This document shows positions 26,701 to 42,170 of a stretch of 64,000 nt of DNA, in pieces; position 1 is the first letter of the stretch, and the number at the start of each line of letters is the position of its first letter. Made by a program: the position numbers and the translations under genes. Source of the stretch: Eledone cirrhosa (Eukaryota); the NCBI GenBank assembly GCA_964016885.1, contig OZ024745.1, positions 2,728,001-2,792,000 of the forward strand. Direction: 5' to 3'. The notes beneath the pieces were generated by a model. The model was not told where the DNA came from and made no database searches. It saw nothing but the letters and a program-made list of their open reading frames with translations.

Positions 26701-29700
26701 AACAGTGTTGGTGGTGGTATGGTAGAACCAGTTATATAATTATATAACAGTGTTGGTGGTTGTATGGTAGAACCAGTGATATAATTATATAACAGTGTTG
26801 GTGGTGGTATGGTAGAACCAGTTATATAATTATATAACAGTGTTGGTGGTTGTATGGTAGAACCAGTTATATAATTATATAACAGTGTTGGTGGTTGTAT
26901 GGTAGAACCACTGGTTATATAATTATATAACAGTGTTGGTGGTTGTATGGTAGAACCAGTTATATAATTATATAACAGTTGGTGGTTGTATGGTAGAACC
27001 AGTTATATAATTATATAACAGTGTTGGTGGTTGTATGGTAGAACGAGTTATATAATTATATAACAGTGTTGGTGGTTGTATGGTAGAACGAGTTATATAA
27101 TTATATAACAGTGTTGGTGGTTGTATGGTAGAACGAGTTATATAATTATATAACAGTGTTGGTGGTTGTATGGTAGAACCAGTTATATAATTATATAACA
27201 GTGTTGGTGGCTGTATGGTAGAACCACTGGTTATATAATTATATAACAGTGTTGGCGGTTGTATGGTAGAACCAGCTATATAATTATATAACAGTTGGTG
27301 GTAGTTGTATGGTAGAACCAGTGATATAATTATATAACAGTGTTGGTGGTTGTATGGTAGAACCAGTTATATAATTATATAACAGTGTTGGTGGTTGTAT
27401 GGTAGAACCAGTTATATAATTATATAACAGTGATGGTGGTTGTATGGTAGAAACAGTTATATAATTATATAACAGTGTTGGTGGTGGTATGGTAGAACCA
27501 GTTATATAATTATATAACAGTGTTGGTGGTGGTATGGTAGAACCAGTTATATAATTATATAACAGTGTTGGTGGTTGTATGGTAGAACCACTGGTTATAT
27601 AATTATATAACTGTGTTGGTGGTTGTATGGTAGAACCAGTTATATAATTATATAACAGTTGGTGGTTGTATGGTAGAACCAGTTATATAATTATATAACA
27701 GTGTTGGTGGTTGTATGGTAGAACGAGTTATATAATTATATAACAGTGTTGGTGGTTGTATGGTAGAACCACTGGTTATATAATTATATAACTGTGTTGG
27801 TGGTTGTATGGTAGAACCAGTTATATAATTATATAACAGTTGGTGGTTGTATGATAGAACCAGTTATATAATTATATAACAGTGTTGGTGGTTGTATGGT
27901 AGAACGAGTTATATAATTATATATCAGTGTTGGTGGTTGTATGGTAGAACGAGTTATATAATTATATAACAGTGTTGGTGGTTGTATGGTAGAACCAGTT
28001 ATATAATTATATAACAGTGTTGGTGGTTGTATGGTAGAACCAGTTATATAATTATATAACAGTGTTGGTGGTTGTATGGTAGAACGAGTTATATAATTAT
28101 ATAACAGTGTTGGTGGTTGTATGGTAGAACGAGTTATATAATTATATAACAGTGTTGGTGGTTGTATGGTAGAACCAGTTATATAATTATATAACAGTGT
28201 TGGTGGTTGTATGGTAGAAACAGTTATATAATTATATAACAGTGTTGGCGGTTGTATGGTAGAACCACTTATATAATTATATAACAGTGTTGGTGGTTGT
28301 ATGGTAGAACCAGTTATATAATTATATAACAGTGTTGGCGGTTGTATGGTAGAACCAGTTATATAATTATATAACAGTGTTGGTGGTTGTATGGTAGAAC
28401 CAGTTATATAATTATATAACAGTGTTGGTGGTTGTATGGTAGAACGAGTTATATAATTATATAACAGTGTTGGTGGTTGTATGGTAGAACCAGTTATATA
28501 ATTATATAACAGTGTTGGTGGTTGTATGGTAGAACCAGTTATATAATTATATAACAGTGTTGGTGGTTGTATGGTAGAACCAGTGATATAATTATATAAC
28601 AGTGTTGGTGGTTGTATGGTAGAACCAGTTATATAATTATATAACAGTTGGTGGTTGTATGGTAGAACCAGTGATATAATTATATAACAGTGTTGGTGGT
28701 TGTATGGTAGAACCAGTTACATAATTATATAACAGTGTTGGTGGTTGTATGGTAGAACCAGTTATATAATTATATAACAGTTGGTGGTTGTATGGTAGAA
28801 CCAGTGATATAATTATATAACAGTGTTGGTGGCTGTATGGTAGAACCAGTTATATAATTATATAACAGTTGGTGGTTGTATAGTAGAACGAGTGATATAA
28901 TTATATAACAGTGTTGGTGGTTGTATGGTAGAACCAGTGATATAATTATATAACAGTGTTGGCGGTTGTATGGTAGAACCAGTTATATAATTATATAACA
29001 GTGTTGGTGGTTGTATGGTAGAACCAGTAATATAATTATATAACAGTTGGTGGTTGTATGGCAGAACCAGTTATATAATTATATAACAGTGTTGGTGGTT
29101 GTATGGTAGAACCAGTGATATAATTATATAACAGTGTTGGTGGTTGTATGGTAGAACCAGTTATATAATTATATAACAGTTGGTGGTTGTATGGTAGAAC
29201 CAGTGATATAATTATATAACAGTGTTGGTGGTTGTATGGTAGAACCAGTTATATAATTATATAACAGTGTTGGTGGTTGTATGGTAGAACCAGTTATATA
29301 AATATATAACAGTGTTGGTGGTTGTATGGTAGAACCAGTGATATAATTATATAACAGTGTTGGTGGTGGTATGGTAGAACCAGTTATATAATTATATAAC
29401 AGTGTTGGTGGTGGTATGGTAGAGCCAATTATATAATTATATAACAGTCTTGGTGGTTGTATGGTAGAACCACTGGTTATATAATTATATAACAGTGTTG
29501 GTGGTTGTATGGTAGAACCAGTTATATAATTATATAACAGTGTTGGTGGTTGTATGGTAGAACCAGTGATATAATTATATAACCGTGTTGGTGGTGGTAT
29601 GGTAGAACCAGTTATATAATTATATAACAGTGTTGGTGGTGGTATGGTAGAACCAGTTATATAATTATATAACAGTGTTGGTGGTTGTATGGTAGAACCA

Positions 29701-32700
29701 GTGATATAATTATATAACAGTGTTGGTGGTGGTATGGTAGAACCAGTTATATAATTATATAACAGTGTTGGTGGTTGTATGGTAGAACCAGTTATATAAT
29801 TATATAACAGTGTTAGTGGTTGTATGGTAGAACCACTGGTTATATAATTATATAACAGTGTTGGTGGTTGTATGGTAGAACCAGTTATATAATTATATAA
29901 CAGTTGGTGGTTGTATGGTAGAACCAGTTATATAATTATATAACAGTGTTGGTGGTTGTATGGTAGAACCAGTTATATAATTATATAACAGTGTTGGTGG
30001 TTGTATGGTAGAACCAGTTATATAATTATATAACAGTGTTGGTGGTTGTATGGTAGAACCAGTTATATAATTATATAACAGTGTTGGTGGTTGTATGGTA
30101 GAACCAGTTATATAATTATATAACAGTGTTGGTGGTTGTATGGTAGAACGAGTTATATAATTATATAACAGTGTTGGTGTTTGTATGGTAGAACGAGTTA
30201 TATAATTATATAACAGTGTTGGTGGTTGTATGGTAGAACCAGTTATATAATTATATAACAGTGTTGGTGGTTGTATGGTAGAACCAGTTATATAATTATA
30301 TAACAGTGTTGGCGGTTGTATGGTAGAACCACTTATATAATTATATAACAGTGTTGGTGGTTGTATGGTAGAACCAGTTATATAATTATATAACAGTGTT
30401 GGCGGTTGTATGGTAGAACCAGTTATATAATTATATAACAGTGTTGGTGGTTGTATGGTAGAACCAGTTATATAATTATATAACAGTGTTGGTGGTTGTA
30501 TGGTAGAACGAGTTATATAATTATATAACAGTGTTGGTGGTTGTATGGTAGAACGAGTTATATAATTATATAACAGTGTTGGTGGTTGTATGGTAGAACC
30601 AGTGATATAATTATATAACAGTGTTGGTGGTTGTATGGTAGAACCAGTTATATAATTATATAACAGTTGGTGGTTGTATGGTAGAACCAGTGATATAATT
30701 ATATAACAGTGTTGGTGGTTGTATGGTAGAACCAGTTACATAATTATATAACAGTGTTGGTGGTTGTATGGTAGAACCAGTTATATAATTATATAACAGT
30801 TGGTGGTTGTATGGTATAACCAGTGATATAATTATATAACAGTGTTGGTGGCTGTATAGTAGAACCAGTTATATAATTATATTACAGTTGGTGGTTGTAT
30901 AGTAGAACCAGTGATATAATTATATAACAGTGTTGGTGGTTGTATGGTAGAACCAGTGATATAATTATATAACAGTGTTGGCGGATGTATGGTAGAACCA
31001 GTTATATAATTATATAAAAGTGTTGGTGGTTGTATGGTAGAACCAGTTATATAATTATATAACAGTTGGTGGTTGTATGGTAGAACCAGTTATATAATTA
31101 TATAACAGTGTTGGTGGTTGTATGGTAGAACCAGTGATATAATTATATAACAGTGTTGGTGGTTGTATGGTAGAACCAGTTATATAATTATATAACAGTT
31201 GGTGGTTGTATGGTAGAACCAGTGATATAATTATATAACAGTGTTGGTGTTTGTATGGTAGAACCAGTTATATAATTATATAACAGTGTTGGTGGTTGTA
31301 TGGTAGAACCAGTTATATAATTATATAACAGTGTTGGTGGTTGTATGGTAGAACCAGTGATATAATTATATAAAAGTGTTGGTGGTGGTATGGTAGAACC
31401 AGTTATATAATTATATAACAGTGTTGGTGGTGGTATGGTAGAACCAGTTATATAATTATATAACAGTGTTGGTGGTTGTGTGGTAGAACCAATGGTTATA
31501 TAATTATATAACAGTGTTGGTGGTTGTATGGTAGAACCAGTTATATAATTATATAACAGTGTTGGTGGTTGTATGGTAGAACCAGTGATATAATTATATA
31601 ACAGTGTTGGTGTGTGGTATGGTAGAACCAGTTATATAATTATAAACAGTGTTGGTGGTGGTATGGTAGAACCAGTTATATAATTATATAACAGTGTTGG
31701 TGGTTGTATGGTAGAACCAGTGATATAATTATATAACAGTGTTGGTGGTGGTATGGTAGAACCAGTTATATAATTATATAACAGTGTTGGTGGTTGTATG
31801 GTAGAACCAGTTATATAATTATATAACAGTGTTGGTGGTTGTATGGTAGAATCACTGGTTATATAATTATATAACAGTGTTGGTGGTTGTATGGTAGAAC
31901 CAGTTATATAATTATATAACAGTTGGTGGTTGTATGGTAGAACCAGTTAAATAATTATATAACAGTGTTGGTGGTTGTATGGTAGAACCAGTTATATAAT
32001 TATATAACAGTGTTGGCGGTTGTATGGTAGAACCAGTTATATAATTATATAACAGTGTTGGTGGTTGTATGGTAGAACCAGTTATATAATTATATAACAG
32101 TGTTGGTGGTTGTATAGTAGAACGAGTTATATAATTATATAACAGTGTTGGTGGTTGTATGGTAAAACCAGTTATATAATTATATAACAGTGTTGGTGGT
32201 TGTATGGTAGAACCAGTTATATAATTATATAACAGTGTTGGTGGTTGTATGGTAGAACGAGTTATATAATTATATAACAGTGTTGGTGGTTGTATGGTAG
32301 AATGAGTTATATAATTATATAACAGTGTTGGTGGTTGTATGGTAGAACGAGTTATATAATTATATAACAGTGTTGGTGGTTGTATGGTAGAACCACTGGT
32401 TATATAATTATATACCAGTGTTGGCGGTTGTATGGTAGAACGAGTTATATAATTATATAACAGTGTTGATGGTTGTATGGTAGAACGAGTTATATAATTA
32501 TATAACAGTCTTGGTGGTTGTATGGTAGAACCAGTTATATAATTATATAACAGTGTTGGTGGTTGTATGGTAGAACCAGTTATATAATTATATAACAGTG
32601 TTGGTGGTTGTATGGAAGAACGAGTTATATAATTATATAACAGTGTTGGTGGTTGTATGGTAGAACCAGTTATATAATTATATAACAGTGTTGGTGGTTG

Positions 32701-34000
32701 TATGGTAGAACCACTGGTTATATAATTATATAACAGTGTTGGCGGTTGTATGGTAGAACCAGTTATATAATTATATAACAGTGTTAGTGGTTGTATGGTA
32801 GAACGAGTTATATAATTATATAACAGTGTTGGTGGTTGTATGGTAGAACCAGTTATATAATTATATAACAGTGTTGGTGGTTGTATGGTAGAACCAGTTA
32901 TATAATTATATAACAGTGTTGGTGGCTATATGGTAGAACCAGTGATATAATTATATAACAGTGTTGGTGGTTGTATGGTAGAACCAGTTATATAATTATA
33001 TAACAGTTGGTGGTTGTATAGTAGAACCAGTGATATAATTATATAACAGTGTTGGTGGTTGCATGGTAGAACCAGTTATATAATTATATAACAGTGTTGG
33101 TGGTTGTATGGTAGAACCAGTTATATAATTATATAACAGTTGGTGGTTGTATAGTAGAACCAGTGATATAATTATATAACAGTGTTGGTGGTTGCATGGT
33201 AGAACCAGTTATATAATTATATAACAGTGTTGGTGGTTGTATGGTAGAACCAGTTATATAATTATATAACAGTGTTGGTGGTTGTATGGTAGAACCAGTG
33301 ATATAATTATATAACAGTGTTGGTGGTGGTATGGTAGAACCAGTTATATAATTATATAACAGTGTTGGTGGTGGTATGGTAGAACCAGTTATATAATTAT
33401 ATAACAGTGTTGGTGGTTGTATGGTAGAACCACTGGTTATATAATTATATAACAGTGTTGGTGGTTGTATGGTACAACTAGTTATATAATTATATAACAG
33501 TGTTGGTGGTTGTATGGTAGAACCAGTGATATAATTATATAACAGGGTTGGTGGTGGTATGGTAGAACCAGTTATATAATTATATAACAGTGTTGGTGGT
33601 GGTATGGTAGAACCAGTTATATAATTATATAACAGTGTTGGTGGTTGTATGGTAGAACCAGTGATATAATTATATAACAGTGTTGGTGGTGGTATGGTAG
33701 AACCAGTTATATAATTATATAACAGTGTTGGTGGTTGTATGGTAGAACCAGTTATATAATTATATAACAGTGTTGGTGGTTGTATGGTAGAACCACTGGT
33801 TATATAATTATATAACAGTGTTGGTGGTTGTATGGTAGAACCAGTTATATAATTATATAACAGTTGGTGGTTGTATGGTAGAACCAGTTATATAATTATA
33901 TAACAGTGTTGGTGGTTGTATGGTAGAACGAGTTATATAATTATATAACAGTGTTGGTGGTTGTATGGTAGAACGAGTTATATAATTATATAACAGTGTT
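20100..34000. repeat. Near-identical tandem duplication, period 6885 bp
   Basis: ATGATAG 20966/27851, GCAGAACC 22176/29061, AGAGCCAATT 22536/29421, GTTGGTGTGTGG 24721/31606, AATGAG 25416/32301, GGTACAACTAG 26586/33471. Confidence 0.93.
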
Positions 34001-37000
34001 GGTGGTTGTATGGTAGAACCAGTTATATAATTATATAACAGTGTTGGTGGTTGTATGGTAGAACCAGTTATATAATTATATAACAGTGTTGGCGGTTGTA
34101 TGGTAGAATCAGTTATATAATTATATAACAGTGTTGGTGGTTGTATGGTAGAACCAGTTATATAATTATATAACAGTGTTGGCGGTGGTATGGTAGAACC
34201 AGTTATATAATTATATAACAGTGTTGGTGGTTGTATGGTAGAACCAGTTATATAATTATATAACAGTGTTGGTGGTTGTATGGTAGAACCAGTTATATAA
34301 TTATATAACAGTGTTGGTGGTTGTATGGTAGAACCAGTTATATAATTATATAACAGTGTTGGTGGTTGTATGGTAGAACGAGTTATATAATTATATAACA
34401 GTGTTGGTGGTTGTATGGTAGAACCAGTTATATAATTATATAACAGTGTTGGTGGTTGTATGGTAGAACCAGTTATATAATTATATAACAGTGTTGGTGG
34501 TTGTATGGTAGAACCAGTTATATAATTATATAACAGTGTTGGTGGTTGTATGGTAGAACCACTGGTTATATAATTATAGAACAGTGTTGGCGGTTGTATG
34601 GTAGAACCAGTTATATAATTATATAACAGTGTTAGTGGTTGTATGGTAGAACGAGTTATATAATTATATAACAGTGTTGGTGGTTGTATGGTAGAACCAG
34701 TTATATAATTATATAACAGTGTTGGTGGTTGTATGGTAGAACCAGTTATATAATTATATAACAGTGTTGGTGGCTATATGGTAGAACCACTTGTTATATA
34801 ATTATATAACAGTGTTGGTGGTTTATGGTAGAACCAGTTATATAATTATATAACAGTTGGTGGTTGTATGGTAGAACCAGTTATATAATTATATAACAGT
34901 GTTGGTGGTTGTATGGTAGAACCAGTGATATAATTATATAACAGTGTTGGTGGTTGTATGGTAGAACCAGTTATATAATTATATAACAGTTGGTGGTTGT
35001 ATAGTAGAACCAGTGATATAATTATATAACAGTGTTGGTGGTTGCATGGTAGAACCAGTTATATAATTATATAACAGTGTTGGTGGTTGTATGGTAGAAC
35101 CAGTTATATAATTATATAACAGTGTTGGTGGTTGTATGGTAGAACCAGTGATATAATTATATAACAGTGTTGGTGGTGGTATGGTAGAACCAGTTATATA
35201 ATTATATAACAGTGTTGGTGGTGGTATGGTAGAACCAGTTATATAATTATATAACAGTGTTGGTGGTTGTATGGTAGAACCACTGGTTATATAATTATAT
35301 AACAGTGTTGGTGGTTGTATGGTACAACTAGTTATATAATTATATAACAGTGTTGGTGGTTGTATGGTAGAACCAGTGATATAATTATATAACAGGGTTG
35401 GTGGTGGTATGGTAGAACCAGTTATATAATTATATAACAGTGTTGGTGGTGGTATGGTAGAACCAGTTATATAATTATATAACAGTGTTGGTGGTTGTAT
35501 GGTAGAACCAGTTATATAATTATATAACAGTGTTGGTGGTTGTATGGTAGAACCACTGGTTATATAATTATATAACAGTGTTGGTGGTTGTATGGTAGAA
35601 CCAGTTATATAATTATATAACAGTTGGTGGTTGTATGGTAGAACCAGTTATATAATTATATAACAGTGTTGGTGGTTGTATGGTAGAACGAGTTATATAA
35701 TTATATAACAGTGTTGGTGGTTGTATGGTAGAACGAGTTATATAATTATATAACAGTGTTGGTGGTTGTATGGTAGAACCAGTTATATAATTATATAACA
35801 GTGTTGGTGGTTGTATGGTAGAACCAGTTATATAATTATATAACAGTGTTGGCGGTTGTATGGTAGAATCAGTTATATAATTATATAACAGTGTTGGTGG
35901 TTGTATGGTAGAACCAGTTATATAATTATATAACAGTGTTGGCGGTGGTATGGTAGAACCAGTTATATAATTATATAACAGTGTTGGTGGTTGTATGGTA
36001 GAACCAGTTATATAATTATATAACAGTGTTGGTGGTTGTATGGTAGAACCAGTTATATAATTATATAACAGTGTTGGTGGTTGTATGGTAGAACCAGTTA
36101 TATAATTATATAACAGTGTTGGTGGTTGTATGGTAGAACGAGTTATATAATTATATAACAGTGTTGGTGGTTGTATGGTAGAACGAGTTATATAATTATA
36201 TAACAGTGTTGGTGGTTGTATGGTAGAACGAGTTATATAATTATATAACAGTGTTGGCGGTTGTATGGTAGAACCAGCTATATAATTATATAACAGTTGG
36301 TGGTAGTTGTATGGTAGAACCAGTGATATAATTATATAACAGTGTTAGTGGTTGTATGGTAGAACCAGTTATATAATTATATAACAGTGTTGGTGGTTGT
36401 ATGGTAGAACCAGTTATATAATTATATAACAGTGATGGTGGTTGTATGGTAGAAACAGTTATATAATTATATAACAGTGTTGGTGGTGGTATGGTAGAAC
36501 CAGTTATATAATTATATAACAGTGTTGGTGGTTGTATGGTAGAACCAGTTATATAATTATATAACAGTTGGTGGTTGTATGGTAGAACCAGTTATATAAT
36601 TATATAACAGTGTTGGTGGTTGTATGGTAGAACGAGTTATATAATTATATAACAGTGTTGGTGGTTGTATGGTAGAACGAGTTATATAATTATATAACAG
36701 TGTTGGTGGTTGTATGGTAGAACCAGTTATATAATTATATAACAGTGTTGGTGGTTGTATGGTAGAACCAGTTATATAATTATATAACAGTGTTGGCGGT
36801 TGTATGGTAGAATCAGTTATATAATTATATAACAGTGTTGGTGGTTGTATGGTAGAACCAGTTATATAATTATATAACAGTGTTGGCGGTTGTATGGTAG
36901 AACCAGTTATATAATTATATAACAGTGTTGGTGGTTGTATGGTAGAACCAGTTATATAATTATATAACAGTGTTGGTGGTTGTATGGTAGAACCAGTTAT

Positions 37001-38599
37001 ATAATTATATAACAGTGTTGGTGGTTGTATGGTAGAACCAGTTATATAATTATATAACAGTGTTGGTGGTTGTATGGTAGAACGAGTTATATAATTATAT
37101 AACAGTGTTGGTGGTTGTATGGTAGAACCAGTTATATAATTATATAACAGTGTTGGTGGTTGTATGGTAGAACCAGTTATATAATTATATAACAGTGTTG
37201 GTGGTTGTATGGTAGAACCACTGTTTATATAATTATATAACAGTGTTGGCGGTTGTATGGTAGAACCAGTTATATAATTATATAACAGTGTTGGTGGTGG
37301 TATGGTAGAACCAGTTATATAATTATATAACAGTGTTGCTGGTTGTATGGTAGAACCAGTGATATAATTATATAACAGTGTTGGTGGTTGTATGGTAGAA
37401 CCAGTTATATAATTATATAACAGTGTTGGTGGTTGTATGGTAGAACCACTGGTTATATAATTATATAACAGTGTTGGCGGTTGTATGGTAGAACCAGTTA
37501 TATAATTATATAAAAGTGTTAGTGGTTGTATGGTAGAACGAGTTATATAATTATATAACAGTGTTGGTGGTTGTATGGTAGAACCAGTTATATAATTATA
37601 TAACAGTGTTGGGGGCTGTATGGTAAAACCACTGGTTATATAATTATATAACAGTGTTGGCGGTTGTATGGTAGAACCAGCTATATAATTATATAACAGT
37701 TGGTGGTAGTTGTATGGTAGAACCAGTGATATAATTATATAACAGTGTTAGTGGTTGTATGGTAGAACCAGTTATATAATTATATAACAGTGTTGGTGGT
37801 TGTATGGTAGAACCAGTTATATAATTATATAACAGTGATGGTGGTTGTATGGTAGAAACAGTTATATAATTATATAACAGTGTTGGTGGTGGTATGGTAG
37901 AACCAGTTATATAATTATATAACAGTGTTGGTGGTGGTGTGGTAGAACCAGTTATATAATTATATAACAGTGTTGCTGGTTGTATGGTAGAACCAGTGAT
38001 ATAATTATATAACAGTGTTGGTGGTGGTATGGTAGAACCAGTTATATAATTATATAACAGTGTTGGTGGTTGTATGGTAGAACCAGTTATATAATTATAT
38101 AACAGTGTTGGTGGTTGTATGGTAGAACCACTGGTTATATAATTATATAACAGTGTTGGTGGTTGTATGGTAGAACGAGTTATATAATTATATATCAGTG
38201 TTGGTGGTTGTATGGTAGAACCAGTTATATAATTATATAACAGTGTTGGTGGTTGTATGGTAGAAACAGTTATATAATTATATAACAGTGTTGGCGGTTG
38301 TATGGTAGAACCACTTATATAATTATATAACAGTGTTGGTGGTTGTATGGTAGAACCAGTTATATAATTATATAACAGTGTTGGCGGTTGTATGGTAGAA
38401 CCAGTTATATAATTATATAACAGTGTTGGTGGTTGTATGGTAGAACCAGTTATATAATTATATAACAGTGTTGGTGGTTGTATGGTAGAACGAGTTATAT
38501 AATTATATAACAGTGTTGGTGGTTGTATGGTAGAACCAGTTATATAATTATATAACAGTGTTGGTGGTTGTATGGTAGAACCAGTTATATAATTATATA

Positions 38600-41500
38600 A
38601 CAGTGTTGGTGGTTGTATGGTAGAACCAGTGATATAATTATATAACAGTGTTGGTGGTTGTATGGTAGAACCAGTTATATAATTATATAACAGTTGGTGG
38701 TTGTATGGTAGAACCAGTGATATAATTATATAACAGTGTTGGTGGTTGTATGGTAGAACCAGTTACATAATTATATAACAGTGTTGGTGGTTGTATGGTA
38801 GAACCAGTTATATAATTATATAACAGTTGGTGGTTGTATGGTAGAACCAGTGATATTATTATATAACAGTGTTGGTGGCTGTATGGTAGAACCAGTTATA
38901 TAATTATATAACAGTTGGTGGTTGTATAGTAGAACCACTGATATAATTATATAACAGTGTTGGTGGTTGAATGGTAGAACCAGTGATATAATTATATAAC
39001 AGTGTTGGCGGTTGTATGGTAGGACCAGTTATATAATTATATAACAGTGTTGGTGGTTGTATGGTAGAACCAGTTATATAATTATATAACAGTTGCTGGT
39101 TGTATGGTAGAACCAGTTATATAATTATATAACAGTGTTGGTGGTTGTATGGTAGAACCAGTGATATAATTATATAACAGTGTTGGTGGTTGTATGGTAG
39201 AACCAGTTATATAATTATATAACAGTGTTGGTGGTTGTATGGTAGAACGAGTTATATAATTATATAACAGTGTTGGTGGTTGTATGGTAGAACCAGTTAT
39301 ATAATTATATAACAGTGTTGGTGGCTGTATGGTAGAACCACTGGTTATATAATTATATAACAGTGTTGGCGGTTGTATGGTAGAACCAGCTATATAATTA
39401 TATAACAGTTGGTGGTAGTTGTATGGTAGAACCAGTGATATAATTATATAACAGTGTTGGTGGTTGTATGGTAGAACCAGTTATATAATTATATAACAGT
39501 GTTGGTGGTTGTATGGTAGAACCAGTTATATAATTATATAACAGTGATGGTGGTTGTATGGTAGAAACAGTTATATAATTATATAACAGTGTTGGTGGTG
39601 GTATGGTAGAACCAGTTATATAATTATATAACAGTTGGTGGTTGTATGGTAGAACCAGTTATATAATTATATAACAGTGTTGGTGGTTGTATGGTAGAAC
39701 GAGTTATATAATTATATAACAGTGTTGGTGGTTGTATGGTAGAACCACTGGTTATATAATTATATAACTGTGTTGGTGGTTGTATGGTAGAACCAGTTAT
39801 ATAATTATATAACAGTTGGTGGTTGTATGATAGAACCAGTTATATAATTATATAACAGTGTTGGTGGTTGTATGGTAGAACGAGTTATATAATTATATAT
39901 CAGTGTTGGTGGTTGTATGGTAGAACGAGTTATATAATTATATAACAGTGTTGGTGGTTGTATGGTAGAACCAGTTATATAATTATATAACAGTGTTGGT
40001 GGTTGTATGGTAGAACCAGTTATATAATTATATAACAGTGTTGGTGGTTGTATGGTAGAACGAGTTATATAATTATATAACAGTGTTGGTGGTTGTATGG
40101 TAGAACGAGTTATATAATTATATAACAGTGTTGGTGGTTGTATGGTAGAACCAGTTATATAATTATATAACAGTGTTGGTGGTTGTATGGTAGAAACAGT
40201 TATATAATTATATAACAGTGTTGGCGGTTGTATGGTAGAACCACTTATATAATTATATAACAGTGTTGGTGGTTATATGGTAGAACCAGTTATATAATTA
40301 TATAACAGTGTTGGCGGTTGTATGGTAGAACCAGTTATATAATTATATAACAGTGTTGGTGGTTGTATGGTAGAACCAGTTATATAATTATATAACAGTG
40401 TTGGTGGTTGTATGGTAGAACCAGTGATATAATTATATAACAGTGTTGGTGGTTGTATGGTAGAACCAGTTATATAATTATATAACAGTTGGTGGTTGTA
40501 TGGTAGAACCAGTGATATAATTATATAACAGTGTTGGTGGTTGTATGGTAGAACCAGTTACATAATTATATAACAGTGTTGGTGGTTGTATGGTAGAACC
40601 AGTTATATAATTATATAACAGTTGGTGGTTGTATGGTAGAACCAGTGATATTATTATATAACAGTGTTGGTGGCTGTATGGTAGAACCAGTTATATAATT
40701 ATATAACAGTTGGTGGTTGTATAGTAGAACCACTGATATAATTATATAACAGTGTTGGTGGTTGAATGGTAGAACCAGTGATATAATTATATAACAGTGT
40801 TGGCGGTTGTATGGTAGGACCAGTTATATAATTATATAACAGTGTTGGTGGTTGTATGGTAGAACCAGTTATATAATTATATAACAGTTGCTGGTTGTAT
40901 GGTAGAACCAGTTATATAATTATATAACAGTGTTGGTGGTTGTATGGTAGAACCACTGATATAATTATATAACAGTGTTGGTGGTTGTATGGTAGAACCA
41001 GTTATATAATTATATAACAGTGTTGGTGGTTGTATGGTAGAACGAGTTATATAATTATATAACAGTGTTGGTGGTTGTATGGTAGAACCAGTTATATAAT
41101 TATATAACAGTGTTGGTGGCTGTATGGTAGAACCACTGGTTATATAATTATATAACAGTGTTGGCGGTTGTATGGTAGAACCAGCTATATAATTATATAA
41201 CAGTTGGTGGTAGTTGTATGGTAGAACCAGTGATATAATTATATAACAGTGTTGGTGGTTGTATGGTAGAACCAGTTATATAATTATATAACAGTGTTGG
41301 TGGTTGTATGGTAGAACCAGTTATATAATTATATAACAGTGATGGTGGTTGTATGGTAGAAACAGTTATATAATTATATAACAGTGTTGGTGGTGGTATG
41401 GTAGAACCAGTTATATAATTATATAACAGTTGGTGGTTGTATGGTAGAACCAGTTATATAATTATATAACAGTGTTGGTGGTTGTATGGTAGAACGAGTT

Positions 41501-42170
41501 ATATAATTATATAACAGTGTTGGTGGTTGTATGGTAGAACCACTGGTTATATAATTATATAACTGTGTTGGTGGTTGTATGGTAGAACCAGTTATATAAT
41601 TATATAACAGTTGGTGGTTGTATGATAGAACCAGTTATATAATTATATAACAGTGTTGGTGGTTGTATGGTAGAACGAGTTATATAATTATATATCAGTG
41701 TTGGTGGTTGTATGGTAGAACGAGTTATATAATTATATAACAGTGTTGGTGGTTGTATGGTAGAACCAGTTATATAATTATATAACAGTGTTGGTGGTTG
41801 TATGGTAGAACCAGTTATATAATTATATAACAGTGTTGGTGGTTGTATGGTAGAACGAGTTATATAATTATATAACAGTGTTGGTGGTTGTATGGTAGAA
41901 CGAGTTATATAATTATATAACAGTGTTGGTGGTTGTATGGTAGAACCAGTTATATAATTATATAACAGTGTTGGTGGTTGTATGGTAGAAACAGTTATAT
42001 AATTATATAACAGTGTTGGCGGTTGTATGGTAGAACCACTTATATAATTATATAACAGTGTTGGTGGTTATATGGTAGAACCAGTTATATAATTATATAA
42101 CAGTGTTGGCGGTTGTATGGTAGAACCAGTTATATAATTATATAACAGTGTTGGTGGTTGTATGGTAGAA
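38600..42170. repeat. Tandem duplication, period 1795 bp (about 40 monomers)
   Basis: GTTGAATGG 38966/40761, AGGACC 39021/40816, ATGATAG 39827/41622, GGTTATATGG 40271/42066. Confidence 0.9.
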
